Positions 63,145 through 63,375 of a DNA stretch of 63,375 nucleotides are shown here, in pieces. Source of the DNA: Candidatus Limnocylindria bacterium. GTDB lineage: Bacteria; Chloroflexota; Limnocylindria; P2-11E. A program made the position numbers and the translations under genes. Numbering within the stretch: the first letter of the stretch is position 1; each line of letters opens with the position of its first letter. The DNA lies in contig JBBRQB010000004.1 in assembly GCA_038227105.1 (NCBI GenBank), positions 1-63,375 of the forward strand. The letters are read 5' to 3'. The notes under the pieces are model-generated. The model made no database searches and was not told the origin of the DNA. It saw only the letters and a program-made list of their open reading frames with translations.

Positions 63145-63375
63145 TGGACAGCGGCACATGGATCGTCATCGCGGTCGTCGTTCTCGGGCTGGTGTTCGAG
63201 TTCGTCAACGGCTTCCACGACGCCGCCAATGCGATCGCGACGGTCGTCGCGACGCGTGTGCTGACACCGTTCCAGGCGCTGGCCATGGCCGGCACGCTGA
63301 ACCTTGCCGGCGCGCTTGCCGGCACCGCGGTAGCCGTCACCGTCGCCAAGGGCATCGTCGACAGCACCAAGGTCA
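63144..63375 (+). CDS. pit: PiT family inorganic phosphate transporter (3' truncated by window edge)
   Basis: NGFHDAANAIAT signature; TAATG overlap with the DUF47 stop. Confidence 0.93.
   Translation, partial: MDSGTWIVIAVVVLGLVFEFVNGFHDAANAIATVVATRVLTPFQALAMAGTLNLAGALAGTAVAVTVAKGIVDSTKV

Overview
A 63.4 kb, roughly 70% GC, densely coding bacterial chromosome segment. The gene repertoire (DUF5667 anti-sigma candidate, TldD/PmbA pair, Nur-like regulator, System I ccm genes, many leaderless genes) suggests a monoderm soil or freshwater Chloroflexota- or Actinomycetota-like organism; this taxonomy is inference only. Left to right it contains: a glycan-building locus (GT4, two methyltransferases, two GT-C enzymes, flippase); a Zn/Ni/Cu metal-homeostasis block with candidate Zur and Nur operators; general-stress genes; pmbA/tldD; an NYN nuclease; a TrxB-cNMP fusion; a Cys-free DksA; dxs; an ECF sigma/anti-sigma pair; a TPP riboswitch with ykoEDC; a complete ccmABCDEFGHI operon; an 11.6 kb ten-gene signalling cluster; tRNA-His; a FecR-domain gene; yvcK-argF; an ABC-2 exporter; and a DUF47-pit operon behind a terminator-containing structured leader. 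The best candidates for undescribed biology are (1) the signalling cluster that couples a divergent PstS-like lipoprotein and a multistep phosphorelay to an NTT-type carrier, a VTC enzyme and two HD-GYP proteins, and (2) the switch-like leader upstream of DUF47-pit. No CRISPR array, rRNA, integrase or transposase was seen. All family assignments come from motif recognition by eye; no database searches or folding calculations were run.
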